Shown: piece after piece, positions 1-8,654 of the stretch
Numbering within the stretch: the stretch's first letter is position 1
Layout: each line of letters begins with the position of its first letter
Source: a virus
Lineage: Duplodnaviria; Caudoviricetes
Strand: one strand, 5' to 3'
Virus record (IMG/VR): IMGVR_UViG_3300048578_000333
Coordinates: 1 to 38,609 of that record
Length of the DNA: 38,609 nt
Translations under genes and position numbers: made by a program
Notes under the pieces: model-generated
Database searches by the model: none
Told to the model about the DNA's origin: nothing
What the model saw: only the letters and a program-made list of their open reading frames with translations

Positions 1-273
1 ATGGGAAAGCGTCAGTGGGATCGCCACGAAATCCTCGCAGCGCTACGCCGGAAAGGCATGACGCTGACCCGGCTTGCCGAGATGAACGGCAAGGCGCCGG
101 GTGGATTTCGCACGATCTGGACCCGGCCAAACGCCAATACCGAACAGATCATCGCCGAATTTCTCGATGAGCCCGTCGAAGTGCTTTGGCCTGATCGCTA
201 CCCCAAGAGAACCACAGCGATTTTGTCGCACGAGTACCTTTCCGAGTCCACAGTCGGCCGGAAGGTCGCCTGA
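1..273 (+). CDS. ner: Ner/Nlp-family HTH transcriptional regulator
   Basis: W-D-R-H-E-I-L-A-A-L-R-R-K-G-M-T-L ... EQIIAEFL...LWPDRY is the Ner/SfsB signature; first gene of the early operon. Confidence 0.92.
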   Translation: MGKRQWDRHEILAALRRKGMTLTRLAEMNGKAPGGFRTIWTRPNANTEQIIAEFLDEPVEVLWPDRYPKRTTAILSHEYLSESTVGRKVA

Positions 274-429
274 GGGGAGAGGCGTGGTGCGGCCGGAACG
301 CTGTTCTAGCCTTTGTCATCCGGAGCCAGCCGATGGGCTGATCGGCAGGGCAGAAGGAGCCCCAAGAGGTTCTCCGCCCCGGCTGTCCAGGCCATCCGGA
401 CCGCGCCACGCCCCGAATATGAGCCCCTC
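272..429 (+). ncRNA. Candidate structured RNA element in the ner-downstream intergenic region
   Basis: 12-bp stem 281-292/401-412 (one G-U) extended by 293-297/395-399; outer pair 272-277/424-429; internal hairpins 329-346 and 348-379. Confidence 0.45.
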
Positions 430-490
430 GCCGTTCGCCGTCACCGTCGAAAGCGCAGGGGAAAATAGACGCCGATCAGGGGCAAAAATT

Positions 491-838
491 GTGAACCTTC
501 ACAGTCAGAAAGACATGTATCAGGCGGCATGGAGCGCCTGCGTACTCGCCACAAGCGAGGGTTTCCCGCATCTCACCGTCGCCGAGATCATCACGCCGCC
601 GCATCGTTACTTCGATGCGGCTCTTGCACGCCAAGTCGCCGTGCACCTGATGGTCAACCAGTTCTGCTGGCCTCGCAGGCGCGTCTACCTGGAGACGCTG
701 CACAATCGGGGGACCATCGGGCGAGGCCTGCAGGTCATCGACGAGCGGCTGCAGTCGGTGAAGTTCGAGAACCACTACCGGACCATCGCCGCCCGCGCCT
801 CCGATCTACTCGCTGCTCGTATCTGCGAGGCCGCATGA
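491..838 (+). CDS. Hypothetical protein with degenerate DnaA C-terminal (domain IV)-like HTH
   Basis: GTG at 491 after CAGGGG; motif ALARQVAVHL...HNRGTIGRGLQVI resembles the DnaA-C ARQIAMYL...RDHTTV motif; stop overlaps the next ATG (ATGA). Confidence 0.6.
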   Translation: MNLHSQKDMYQAAWSACVLATSEGFPHLTVAEIITPPHRYFDAALARQVAVHLMVNQFCWPRRRVYLETLHNRGTIGRGLQVIDERLQSVKFENHYRTIAARASDLLAARICEAA

Positions 839-1671
839 TGGCCGAGGTCAAGTCGATACCTATCTCGCAGATCCACGTGCCGCCGCGCCTGAGGGAGGTC
901 GAAGAAGACCACGCCAAAGCGATCGCCCTCAGCCTGCAGGCGCACGGCCTCATCAATCCAATCACCGTCCGATATGCGCCGGCCAAGAACAAAGGGGCGA
1001 CACCCTACATCCTCGTCGCCGGCGCACACCGTCTGCAGGGCGGCACGATCCTTGGGTGGACAGAGATCGAGGCGGCGATCATCGAAGCTGATCAAAGCGA
1101 GGCTCAGCTCGTAGAGATCTGCGAAAACCTGTTCCGGAACGAGTTGTCGGCTCTCGATCGGGCGATTTTCGTCGCCTCGTATCGGGATGTCTGGGAGCAG
1201 GCCCACGGCAAGATTAGAGCGGGGCGGCCGGAGAAATCGGGCCAAGTTGGCCCAATTTCTGACAGCCCCCTCGACCTGATCAGCAAGGAAGCCGGCTCCG
1301 GTTTTTCCGAGCATATCGCCGAACGGATGGGAGTATCCGTCCGTAACATCAAGCGCCTCGGCCAGATCGCCAAAAGTCTGTCGCCCGCTGTGCGCTCGGC
1401 AGTGCGCGGAACGCCTGCCGCAGACAACCAGTCTCTCTTACTCTCGGTCGCGAAACGACCGCCGGCTGAACAGCAGGCGATCGTATCGACCATGCAGGCG
1501 GCGCAGCTCGACCTGCCGACCGCGCTCCGCCAGATCAAGCCGGCTCCGGCCAAAGTCGACCCGCAAGAGGCCATCTTCGCAGCCCTCTCCGCCGCCTGGA
1601 AAAAGGCGAACGAAGCTACGCGGGCGAGTTTCCTCGATCACATCCAGCAGCAGAAGGCGGCGGTACAATGA
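835..1671 (+). CDS. ParB/Srx N-terminal domain protein with HTH
   Basis: IPISQIHVPPRLR, GLINPITVR, YILVAGAHRL, EICENLFRNELSALDRA; HTH-like IAERMGVSVRNIKR. Confidence 0.85.
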   Translation: MMAEVKSIPISQIHVPPRLREVEEDHAKAIALSLQAHGLINPITVRYAPAKNKGATPYILVAGAHRLQGGTILGWTEIEAAIIEADQSEAQLVEICENLFRNELSALDRAIFVASYRDVWEQAHGKIRAGRPEKSGQVGPISDSPLDLISKEAGSGFSEHIAERMGVSVRNIKRLGQIAKSLSPAVRSAVRGTPAADNQSLLLSVAKRPPAEQQAIVSTMQAAQLDLPTALRQIKPAPAKVDPQEAIFAALSAAWKKANEATRASFLDHIQQQKAAVQ

Positions 1672-2123
1672 ACTCCCCGCATCAACTCGATATGTTCCTG
1701 GAGCCGCTTTTCCCGGTGCGCTCGCCGACGACACGGCTTGACCTCGACCGGTTCCGCGCCCGCCTCAAGCGCGAGATGAGCCGGGCAATTCGTGAGTGTC
1801 CCCACGACCGGCCGATGATCGCAGCGCGAATGGCGCAATATCTCGGCCTCGCCGGCATCAGCAAGGCGATGCTCGATGCTTATACAGCCGAGAGCAAGAC
1901 CGCCCACGACATCAGTCTGATCCGCTTCAAGGCCTTCGTGCACGCGACCGGCGCGACATGGCTTTGGGACGTCGTGGTGGCCGACCACGGCGCCACGCTG
2001 TTGCTCGGGGACGAGGCGCGGCTCGCCGAGGTCGCCCGGCTGCAGCAAGAGCAGGATCGCATCCGTGCCGAACTCAAAACCCTCCGCTCCGTCCCTGTCG
2101 ACATCAAGCGGGGGCGGCCATGA
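1668..2123 (+). CDS. Phage hypothetical protein, probable DNA-binding regulator
   Basis: ATGA-coupled on both sides; IAARMAQYLG...ISKAMLDAY helix pair; C-terminal coiled coil. Confidence 0.7.
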   Translation: MNSPHQLDMFLEPLFPVRSPTTRLDLDRFRARLKREMSRAIRECPHDRPMIAARMAQYLGLAGISKAMLDAYTAESKTAHDISLIRFKAFVHATGATWLWDVVVADHGATLLLGDEARLAEVARLQQEQDRIRAELKTLRSVPVDIKRGRP

Positions 2124-4081
2124 AAGAGTGGTGGATGCTTTCGGACTTGGCCGGGATGCATCTGCCCGGCCTGCCGCAATCCGAGCGGCAGCTTCAGCGC
2201 CTAGCGCTCGAAGTGTGGAAGCCGACAGAAGCGTTGGTTCGCCGGGCGACTGGCCGCGAAGGCGGCGGCGGCTACGAGTACCACATCAGCCTACTGCCGC
2301 AGGAAGCGCAGAACCGTTTGCGCTTCGTGGCCGACCTCGCCGCGCTGCAAGACAACGACGACGACGAACGGTCGGCGCTCTGGCAGCGCTTCGAGGCTCT
2401 GCCCGAAGAGCACAAAGTCACGGCCAGAAACCGCCTTGCTACGCTGCAATATCTGGACGAGGTTCGGCTTGCCGGGGTGCCCGCCAGTGCCGCTGTGAAG
2501 CTTGCCACGCAAAAATTCGGCACACCACGTGCAACCATCTACGACTGGCGGGCATTAGTTGCCGGCGTTGAGCGTTCCGATTGGTTGCCTGCTCTGGCCC
2601 CTGCGTACGAGGGCAACCGTGGCGAGGCTCGCAACGCCGCCGATTGCCACCCAGACGCCTGGGAAACCCTGAAATCCGATTATCTCCGGCCGGAAAAGCC
2701 GAAGTTCAGCCGTTGCTACCGGCGCGTCTGCGATGCCGCCAAGGTCTACGGTTGGGCGCCTATCCCGTCCGAACGTACGTTGCGTAGGAAGCTGGACTTG
2801 GAGGTCACCAAAGCGGCGCAGTTGGTGGCGCGCGAAGGTATTGACGCTGCCAAGACGTTGTTCCCGGCGCAAAAGCGCAGCCGCGCGCATTTTCACGCGA
2901 TGCAGGCGGTCAACATGGACGGCCACAAGATCGACCTACTCTGCTCGGTGCCTTGGTCAAAAAAGCCGGTCCGCATGCTGCTGATCGGCATCCAAGATCT
3001 CTACTCCAACAAGATCGTTGGATGGCGCCTCAGCGAGGCCGAGACGTGGGAGGCGGTGCGCCTCGTCATTGGCGACATGGTCGAGGCCCACGGCATTCCT
3101 GAGGTCATCTACCTCGACAATGGACGCGCGTTTGCCTCGAAGTGGATCAGTGGCGCCGACGTCAAACGCTTCCGCTTCAAGGTGAAGGCCGAGGATCCTC
3201 GCGGCCTCCTAGCCACGCTCGGCATCGAGCAGCATTTCACTCTGCCCTATTCGGGCCAGTCGAAGCCGATCGAGCGCGCCTGGGGCGACCTCGCTGAGGA
3301 GATCGCCAAGCACCCATCAATGGCCGGCGCCTACACCGGCAACAACCCAACGAACAAACCGGCAAATTACGGCTCGCGCACGGTGACGTTGGAAGAACTG
3401 CGGGCCCATGTCGCCTGCTGCATCGCCGAGTACAACGGCCGTCCGGGCCGCGAGACCGAGACGGCCGCTGGGCGTTCCTTTGATGAGACGTTCGAGGCGA
3501 GCATGGCCGATCCGGGGACGATCGTCCGCCGTCCGACTGCCGCGCAGCGCTCGCTCTGGCTGCTCGCCTCCGAGGCAATCACGACGCGCGGCAACTCGGG
3601 CGAGATCCACTTCCAGGGCAATCGCTATTGGACGCCAGCGCTCACGCGAGTGGCCGGCCAAAAGGTGATCATCCGCTTCGATCCCGACCATCTTTCCCGA
3701 CCGGTGAAGGTCTACGACCTGAAAAATCGGCTGCTCTGCGAAGCGCCCTGCATCGAAGCCGTCGGCTTCGACGACATGGATGCTGCCCGACGGCACATGC
3801 GCCTCCGGCGCGACTTCCTGAAAGCGACGAAGGAACTCGCCGATGTGCATCGCGCCCTGACGCCGGCCGAGCTGGGCGAGATCTACGACCGGGGTCAGAA
3901 AGCCCTGTCAAAGCCGGAGCCGGTACTGCCGGCGGTGACCCGCCTTGCAGTCGGTGGCCCGCCGACGGTGCCGGTCGATCCCATGTCCGACAGCGAATTC
4001 GAGTCCAGTTTCTCACGCGCCCTCGCCCGTGTTTCCGGCGAAGCCGTGATCCCGTTCCCGCAAGGGAAGAAGGCCGAATAA
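2120..4081 (+). CDS. A: Mu-type DDE transposase (MuA)
   Basis: N-terminal Mu HTH (LAGMHLPGLPQSER...GGGGYEYHISLLP); catalytic NMDGHK, YLDNGRAF and SKPIER; Mu transposase C-terminal IRFDPDHL. Confidence 0.96.
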   Translation: MKEWWMLSDLAGMHLPGLPQSERQLQRLALEVWKPTEALVRRATGREGGGGYEYHISLLPQEAQNRLRFVADLAALQDNDDDERSALWQRFEALPEEHKVTARNRLATLQYLDEVRLAGVPASAAVKLATQKFGTPRATIYDWRALVAGVERSDWLPALAPAYEGNRGEARNAADCHPDAWETLKSDYLRPEKPKFSRCYRRVCDAAKVYGWAPIPSERTLRRKLDLEVTKAAQLVAREGIDAAKTLFPAQKRSRAHFHAMQAVNMDGHKIDLLCSVPWSKKPVRMLLIGIQDLYSNKIVGWRLSEAETWEAVRLVIGDMVEAHGIPEVIYLDNGRAFASKWISGADVKRFRFKVKAEDPRGLLATLGIEQHFTLPYSGQSKPIERAWGDLAEEIAKHPSMAGAYTGNNPTNKPANYGSRTVTLEELRAHVACCIAEYNGRPGRETETAAGRSFDETFEASMADPGTIVRRPTAAQRSLWLLASEAITTRGNSGEIHFQGNRYWTPALTRVAGQKVIIRFDPDHLSRPVKVYDLKNRLLCEAPCIEAVGFDDMDAARRHMRLRRDFLKATKELADVHRALTPAELGEIYDRGQKALSKPEPVLPAVTRLAVGGPPTVPVDPMSDSEFESSFSRALARVSGEAVIPFPQGKKAE

Positions 4082-4082
4082 C

Positions 4083-4192
4083 GGCCCGGCGAGCCGAAAT
4101 GTACCGAGTACGGCTCCCGAAAAGAAAAGGGCGGGGAAAACCCCGCCCAAAGAAAACGGCCCGTCAAGGGCCTCTCGATGGAGCCAATATAG
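4083..4192 (+). promoter_or_regulatory. Structured A-B intergenic leader that sequesters the MuB Shine-Dalgarno
   Basis: GGCTCC 4112-4117 pairs with GGAGCC 4180-4185 (contains the SD) and encloses hairpins GGGCGGGG-AAAA-CCCCGCCC and GGCCC-GTCAA-GGGCC. Confidence 0.45.
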
Positions 4193-5212
4193 ATGCAAAA
4201 GCCTATCACCACAACCCCTTGGGAATTTCCGACGCCAGCGGCCGACTTCGTGGCCAAGCACTCGGAGGAGGATGTCGATCGCTGGCGCACGTTGGTCGCG
4301 CGCGTGATCGAGATCGCTGGCGCCCAAGGATGGACCAAAGCCGAGGTCGCCCGCCGATGCGGAATTCCCGACGGGACATTCTCGCAGGTTCTCTCCGGGA
4401 AATACCTGGGCGTGCTGGCCAATCAGTTGGTCATGATCTCTCGCTGGATCGAGGCCACTGAAGAAAGCGCCAGCATGGTCGCCAGCATCCCCGTCTCTCC
4501 CGAGTTCAACCCGCGCCTCCGGATCGCGCAGGAGATCCTGGAGACGCTGACCTGGGCGCAGCTCTGCCCAGATCTGGTGATGATCACGGTTGGTGCCGGC
4601 ATGGGCAAGACGGCGGCCTGCGAGCATTTCACACGGACCCGGCCGCATGTCTATCACGCGACGATGTACGAGAGCGCGGCGAGCGTCCACGGCATGCTGA
4701 CCGAACTCGCCGCCGAGTTGGAAGTCCAGCAGAACAATCCGGCCAAACTCGCGAGGGCGATCGGCGCCAAGCTGACCCGCACCGGCGCCGGCACGCTGCT
4801 GATCGTCGATGAAGCCCAGCACCTCACCGACGGGGCGGTCAACCAACTCCGCTATTTCTGCGACGTCCATAAGTGCGGGGTCGCCATCGTCGGCAACGAG
4901 GAGGTCTACCGCCGGTTCAAGGACAAAACCGAGGGGCGATCCTACGCGCAGATCAAGCGACGCATCGGCAAAACGCTACGCCGGCCCGCCCCCTACGCTG
5001 CCGACGTGAAGGCCTATGTCGCGTCTTGGGGCGTGACCGACCCGGACTGCGTGAAGTTCTTGCTCGGTGTCGGCATGAAGGACGGCGCGCTCGGTCAGGT
5101 GGAGAAAACGGCCAAGATGGCCACCATGCTGGCGATCGGCGACGGTGAGCCCCTCGCTCTCAAGCATCTGCAGGCAGCCTGGAAGAACCGCGACGTGGAG
5201 GACATCGCCTGA
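4193..5212 (+). CDS. B: MuB-like AAA+ transposition ATPase
   Basis: N-terminal HTH, Walker A GAGMGKT, Walker B LLIVDEAQHL, directly after MuA. Confidence 0.95.
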   Translation: MQKPITTTPWEFPTPAADFVAKHSEEDVDRWRTLVARVIEIAGAQGWTKAEVARRCGIPDGTFSQVLSGKYLGVLANQLVMISRWIEATEESASMVASIPVSPEFNPRLRIAQEILETLTWAQLCPDLVMITVGAGMGKTAACEHFTRTRPHVYHATMYESAASVHGMLTELAAELEVQQNNPAKLARAIGAKLTRTGAGTLLIVDEAQHLTDGAVNQLRYFCDVHKCGVAIVGNEEVYRRFKDKTEGRSYAQIKRRIGKTLRRPAPYAADVKAYVASWGVTDPDCVKFLLGVGMKDGALGQVEKTAKMATMLAIGDGEPLALKHLQAAWKNRDVEDIA

Positions 5213-5505
5213 TGACCGCCTCTCTCGCCAACGAACTCGGCGCCTTGCGATCGGAAGTCCTCGGTATCGCCAAGCTACAGAGGCCTCTCACGAGAGACGA
5301 GAGTGCCAACATCGGCCATCGGCTTCAGCTCCTGCAACGCCTCGCCACCGCGATGGAGCAGGAGCTGGCTGTGCATCGGCTCGCCGAGGCGACGGGCCGT
5401 CGTGTGATGGTCATGAACGACGAAGCGGTTACCGCTCTGGCCGAGATGATCGAAGATCCCGAGGGCAAGATCATCCGACCGGATTTCGGGAGGGACAAGC
5501 CATGA
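5212..5505 (+). CDS. Hypothetical protein
   Basis: Stop/start overlaps on both sides (TGATG, ATGA). Confidence 0.7.
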   Translation: MTASLANELGALRSEVLGIAKLQRPLTRDESANIGHRLQLLQRLATAMEQELAVHRLAEATGRRVMVMNDEAVTALAEMIEDPEGKIIRPDFGRDKP

Positions 5506-5750
5506 TTGGCCATCCTCTCAGCGCCTGCCTCCGCGACGTGCGCGAGTCCTTTGCACCTTACTGCATCTCCGGCGTCGCCCTGACGCCGGAGGCTACCCGC
5601 CAGTTGGTTTCGCTGCTCGTAGCCTACGAGTTGGCTGCGCGCGATCTAGAGGGCATCCCATGCGAACGCGCTTCGGGTGTGATCATCGACCTCAGGGACT
5701 ATGAGGTCACTCGGATCGTGCCGATCGAGCGAGCGGGAGAGGTGTCATGA
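5502..5750 (+). CDS. Hypothetical protein
   Basis: ATG 5502 after GGAGGG; ATGA overlaps on both ends. Confidence 0.65.
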   Translation: MIGHPLSACLRDVRESFAPYCISGVALTPEATRQLVSLLVAYELAARDLEGIPCERASGVIIDLRDYEVTRIVPIERAGEVS

Positions 5751-6469
5751 GCGGCTACCTCTCCGTTCGCACGGTCGTGCAGGCCGTCGCGGCCGTTACC
5801 GGCATCATGCCGCCAGAGATCACAGGAGCCCGCCGAACGAACGAGGTCGTAAGGCCGAGACACCTCGTCATGTACTTCGCTGGCATCTACTGCCCGCAGA
5901 TGACGCTGCCGCAGATAGGCCGCGCACTCGGCGGGCGGGACCACACAACGGTGATCCACGGCCGGAACAAGATCGCCCGCGAAGTTGAAACCTGTGGCCT
6001 CGACGCCGAGATGCGGGAAATCAAGGCAATCCTTGATACCGCGATGTCAGTGCTATCCCGCATCACGGTCGATGACATCCCTGACAGCGATCCCCTGGCC
6101 ATTGCCGAACGTTCGATGACGGACCACGGGGTGACGCGCGTCACCTACGACGAGATCAAGGTGATGGCGCAGTTCATCATCACCATCGTCACTCAGGGCA
6201 AATTGATCCACGAAACCAGTGACGAGGATGCCTCCGACCTCCCCGGCACCGTCGCGCGGGCGGCCCGCCGCGTGGTGCTCGCCCACCGAGCGCTTGAAGA
6301 AGCTCGCTTTGGTTCCGGGGAAGGCTCAGCCGCGCAAGCGCTCGGCACGGCGATCGAAGTGCTGGGCGAGCTTTACGCGCGCGACATCGGGCCACTTCCC
6401 ACCCTTCAACCCGCCTTCAAACACAGTTCGATCTCCTCTCGAAAGGACGCAGCAAATGGACATGGCTGA
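5747..6469 (+). CDS. DnaA C-terminal HTH (Bac_DnaA_C) domain protein
   Basis: RRTNEVVRPRHLVMY...TLPQIGRALGGRDHTTVIHGRNKI closely follows the DnaA domain IV signature. Confidence 0.85.
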   Translation: MSGYLSVRTVVQAVAAVTGIMPPEITGARRTNEVVRPRHLVMYFAGIYCPQMTLPQIGRALGGRDHTTVIHGRNKIAREVETCGLDAEMREIKAILDTAMSVLSRITVDDIPDSDPLAIAERSMTDHGVTRVTYDEIKVMAQFIITIVTQGKLIHETSDEDASDLPGTVARAARRVVLAHRALEEARFGSGEGSAAQALGTAIEVLGELYARDIGPLPTLQPAFKHSSISSRKDAANGHG

Positions 6470-7109
6470 CACCCAAGCCGCCCAGACCGACGGCATCACC
6501 GAGGTCAATGGCCGCCCCTACATGACAGACGCCCGTGGCGCTCTGGTGCCACTCGGCGCGATCAAGGCGCAGGATAAGCTGATCGACGAGACCGTTCGCA
6601 AGATCGTGGGTTATGCGGTCGCGCTCTCCGAGCAGATCGGCCGTTTCAAGGGTCATACCTTCGACGATATCGGTTCGATGCAAGCCCTGCTCGAGCAGGA
6701 GTATGGAGCCAAGGCCGGCGGCGCCAAGGGCAACGTGACGCTGACCACCTTCGACGGCCTCCTGAAGGTGACGCTGAAGATGGCCGACTTGATCGCGTTC
6801 GGGCCGGAGCTTCAAGCGGCAAAGAAGCTGGTCGACGAGTGCCTCAACGACTGGTCGGCCGACGCTGGCGACGAGCTGCGCACCATCGTCAACCGCGCCT
6901 TCCAGGTCGACCGTGACGGACGGATCAACCGCGCCGAGATCTTCATGCTGCTGCGCGCCCAGATCGACGATCCGCGTTGGAAGCGGGCCATGGACGCGGT
7001 GCGTGACAGCATCCGAGTGATCGGCGCCAAGGCTTACCTGACGTTCCACCGGCGCCCGTCAGCCGAGGCCGCCTGGGAGAGCATCTCCATCGATCTGGCG
7101 AGGGCGTGA
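6456..7109 (+). CDS. DUF3164 family protein (Mu-like early region)
   Basis: YMTDARGALVP, GGAKGNVTLTTFDG, FGPELQAAKKLVDECL, WKRAMDAVRDS; SD AAGGA. Confidence 0.88.
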   Translation: MDMADTQAAQTDGITEVNGRPYMTDARGALVPLGAIKAQDKLIDETVRKIVGYAVALSEQIGRFKGHTFDDIGSMQALLEQEYGAKAGGAKGNVTLTTFDGLLKVTLKMADLIAFGPELQAAKKLVDECLNDWSADAGDELRTIVNRAFQVDRDGRINRAEIFMLLRAQIDDPRWKRAMDAVRDSIRVIGAKAYLTFHRRPSAEAAWESISIDLARA

Positions 7110-7357
7110 TGTCATCGACCGCGCGTTACCTCACCGATGAGCAAGTCCGCATAGCCAACGCGATCACCTCAGTGCTGGAGATGGAGCGGGCGGATAAGTT
7201 GGACGCCTTCAAGGCCATGATCTCGATCATGGCGGCGACCATCAACGATTCCGCCGGCACCGAGATGGACGCGCGGATCATCGCCGCCGGCCTCGCGACA
7301 GAATTGAAAACTGTCGTTGAGAAAGGCCGCGCTGGGCTCTACGAGGCGCGGCCATGA
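7106..7357 (+). CDS. Hypothetical protein
   Basis: Coupled to both neighbours by 4-nt overlaps. Confidence 0.65.
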   Translation: MMSSTARYLTDEQVRIANAITSVLEMERADKLDAFKAMISIMAATINDSAGTEMDARIIAAGLATELKTVVEKGRAGLYEARP

Positions 7358-7566
7358 GCTTCGCCAACCATTCCTTGCCACCTGAAGCCGAAGACCCGCC
7401 GCCAACGCGGCGGGACATCCTCCGGATGGAGCGCGACACGCTCCTGAAACAGGTCCGTCCACGCGTGCGCTCCGATCGACAGGAGCGCATCCGCCGACGG
7501 ATCGCCGACATCACCAGGGCGATCATGACAGAGGAGACCGACAATGGCCGACAAAGCAGGGCTTAA
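7354..7566 (+). CDS. Hypothetical basic protein
   Basis: ATGA overlap, GAGG SD. Confidence 0.6.
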   Translation: MSFANHSLPPEAEDPPPTRRDILRMERDTLLKQVRPRVRSDRQERIRRRIADITRAIMTEETDNGRQSRA

Positions 7567-7861
7567 GAGACTGATCGGCGTCGTTGAGGCCAAGCTGGCC
7601 GCGCTGCCGTCGTTGCCTCCGATCGGCAGCAGCAGCGATTACCAGCAACGCCATGAGCAGATCGGCGCTTACAACCGTGCGGCCGATCAGGCACTTGCCG
7701 AGCTGGCATCCGCAGAGGGCGGCAAGGTCAGGGACAAGGGCTGTGACACTTCGCTCCGACTCGGCGGGTTTACAGCCAGTTGCACCCACGGTGCGGCCGG
7801 CGCGATGCAGAATTGGCTGACCGGCGCCCGTCGCCGCCTCGCCAAGCTTGAGGTGGCATGA
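7544..7861 (+). CDS. Hypothetical protein
   Basis: Strong SD GAGGAG before ATG 7544; ATGA overlap with next gene. Confidence 0.7.
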   Translation: MADKAGLKRLIGVVEAKLAALPSLPPIGSSSDYQQRHEQIGAYNRAADQALAELASAEGGKVRDKGCDTSLRLGGFTASCTHGAAGAMQNWLTGARRRLAKLEVA

Positions 7862-8211
7862 TGGGTGCGCCCAAGACCACCCTCGGCTACGAGAGCCGCA
7901 CTGCCGCCGTTTCCGCCTTGCGTGCGGATGGCCTCTCAACGGCAGCCATTGCCGACCGCATCGGCATCGAGCCCAAAACTGTTGCCGCCCTCGAAGCCTC
8001 GGCGGCGCGCGCAAAGCGACCATCGCTGCCGCCGATCAGCGGGCCGGCGGTAGGACGTACCGTCCTTATTCCTTTCCAGGATTTCGCAGCTCTTCGGCGT
8101 CACGCGGCCCGGCGCGCCCTCACCGTCGACCAACTCATTCGTGACCTCATTGAGATCATCGCCCGTGATGACATGGTCGACGCGGTCCTTGATGACGGGG
8201 CGGCATCATGA
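7858..8211 (+). CDS. Hypothetical DNA-binding protein (HTH, possible C-terminal ribbon-helix-helix)
   Basis: GLSTAAIADRIGIEPKTVAA HTH; LRRHAARRALTVDQLIRDLI. Confidence 0.7.
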   Translation: MMGAPKTTLGYESRTAAVSALRADGLSTAAIADRIGIEPKTVAALEASAARAKRPSLPPISGPAVGRTVLIPFQDFAALRRHAARRALTVDQLIRDLIEIIARDDMVDAVLDDGAAS

Positions 8212-8654
8212 GAACCCCCTCAACCGCCAAGATCCACGTTGCCAGGAAGCAGCTCGCGCTCAGCGATGAGAACTACCGGGCCATCCTCGTCCGGATCACC
8301 GGCCAGGACACGTCCTCGGGACTGAATGACCGACAGGTCGACGCCGTGATTGCCGAGTTCCGCCGGCTCGGATGGCGCCCGGAAAAGGCCTTCAAGCCGT
8401 CCGGCAAGCCGTTCGTTCGGCTGATCTACGCGCTCTGGAAGGAGGCCGCGAAGGTCGGCGCCGTGTCGAGCAGCTCCAAGCCGGCGCTGCGCGCCTTTGT
8501 GGAGCGCCAGACACGCCAGGGCGGCGAACGTGGGATTGACGATCCGGAGTTTCTCCGTGCCGCCGACGCTCGCCGCGTATCTGAAGCCCTGAAGGCCATG
8601 ATCGAGCGGGCTGAAGAACGCGCCCGCAAATCGGAGGAGAGGATCGATGCTTGA
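8208..8654 (+). CDS. gemA: GemA / Mu gp16 (DUF1018) family regulator
   Basis: AKIHVARKQLALSDENYRAIL...TGQDTSS...IYALW...LRAFVERQT...EALKAM. Confidence 0.92.
   Translation: MRTPSTAKIHVARKQLALSDENYRAILVRITGQDTSSGLNDRQVDAVIAEFRRLGWRPEKAFKPSGKPFVRLIYALWKEAAKVGAVSSSSKPALRAFVERQTRQGGERGIDDPEFLRAADARRVSEALKAMIERAEERARKSEERIDA

Noticed and set aside
101-490. Upstream extension of the 245-aa ORF 101-838
   Set aside because: Overlaps ner and the structured region with low-complexity Pro/Arg/Ser sequence; GTG 491 has an SD and marks where protein-like sequence begins
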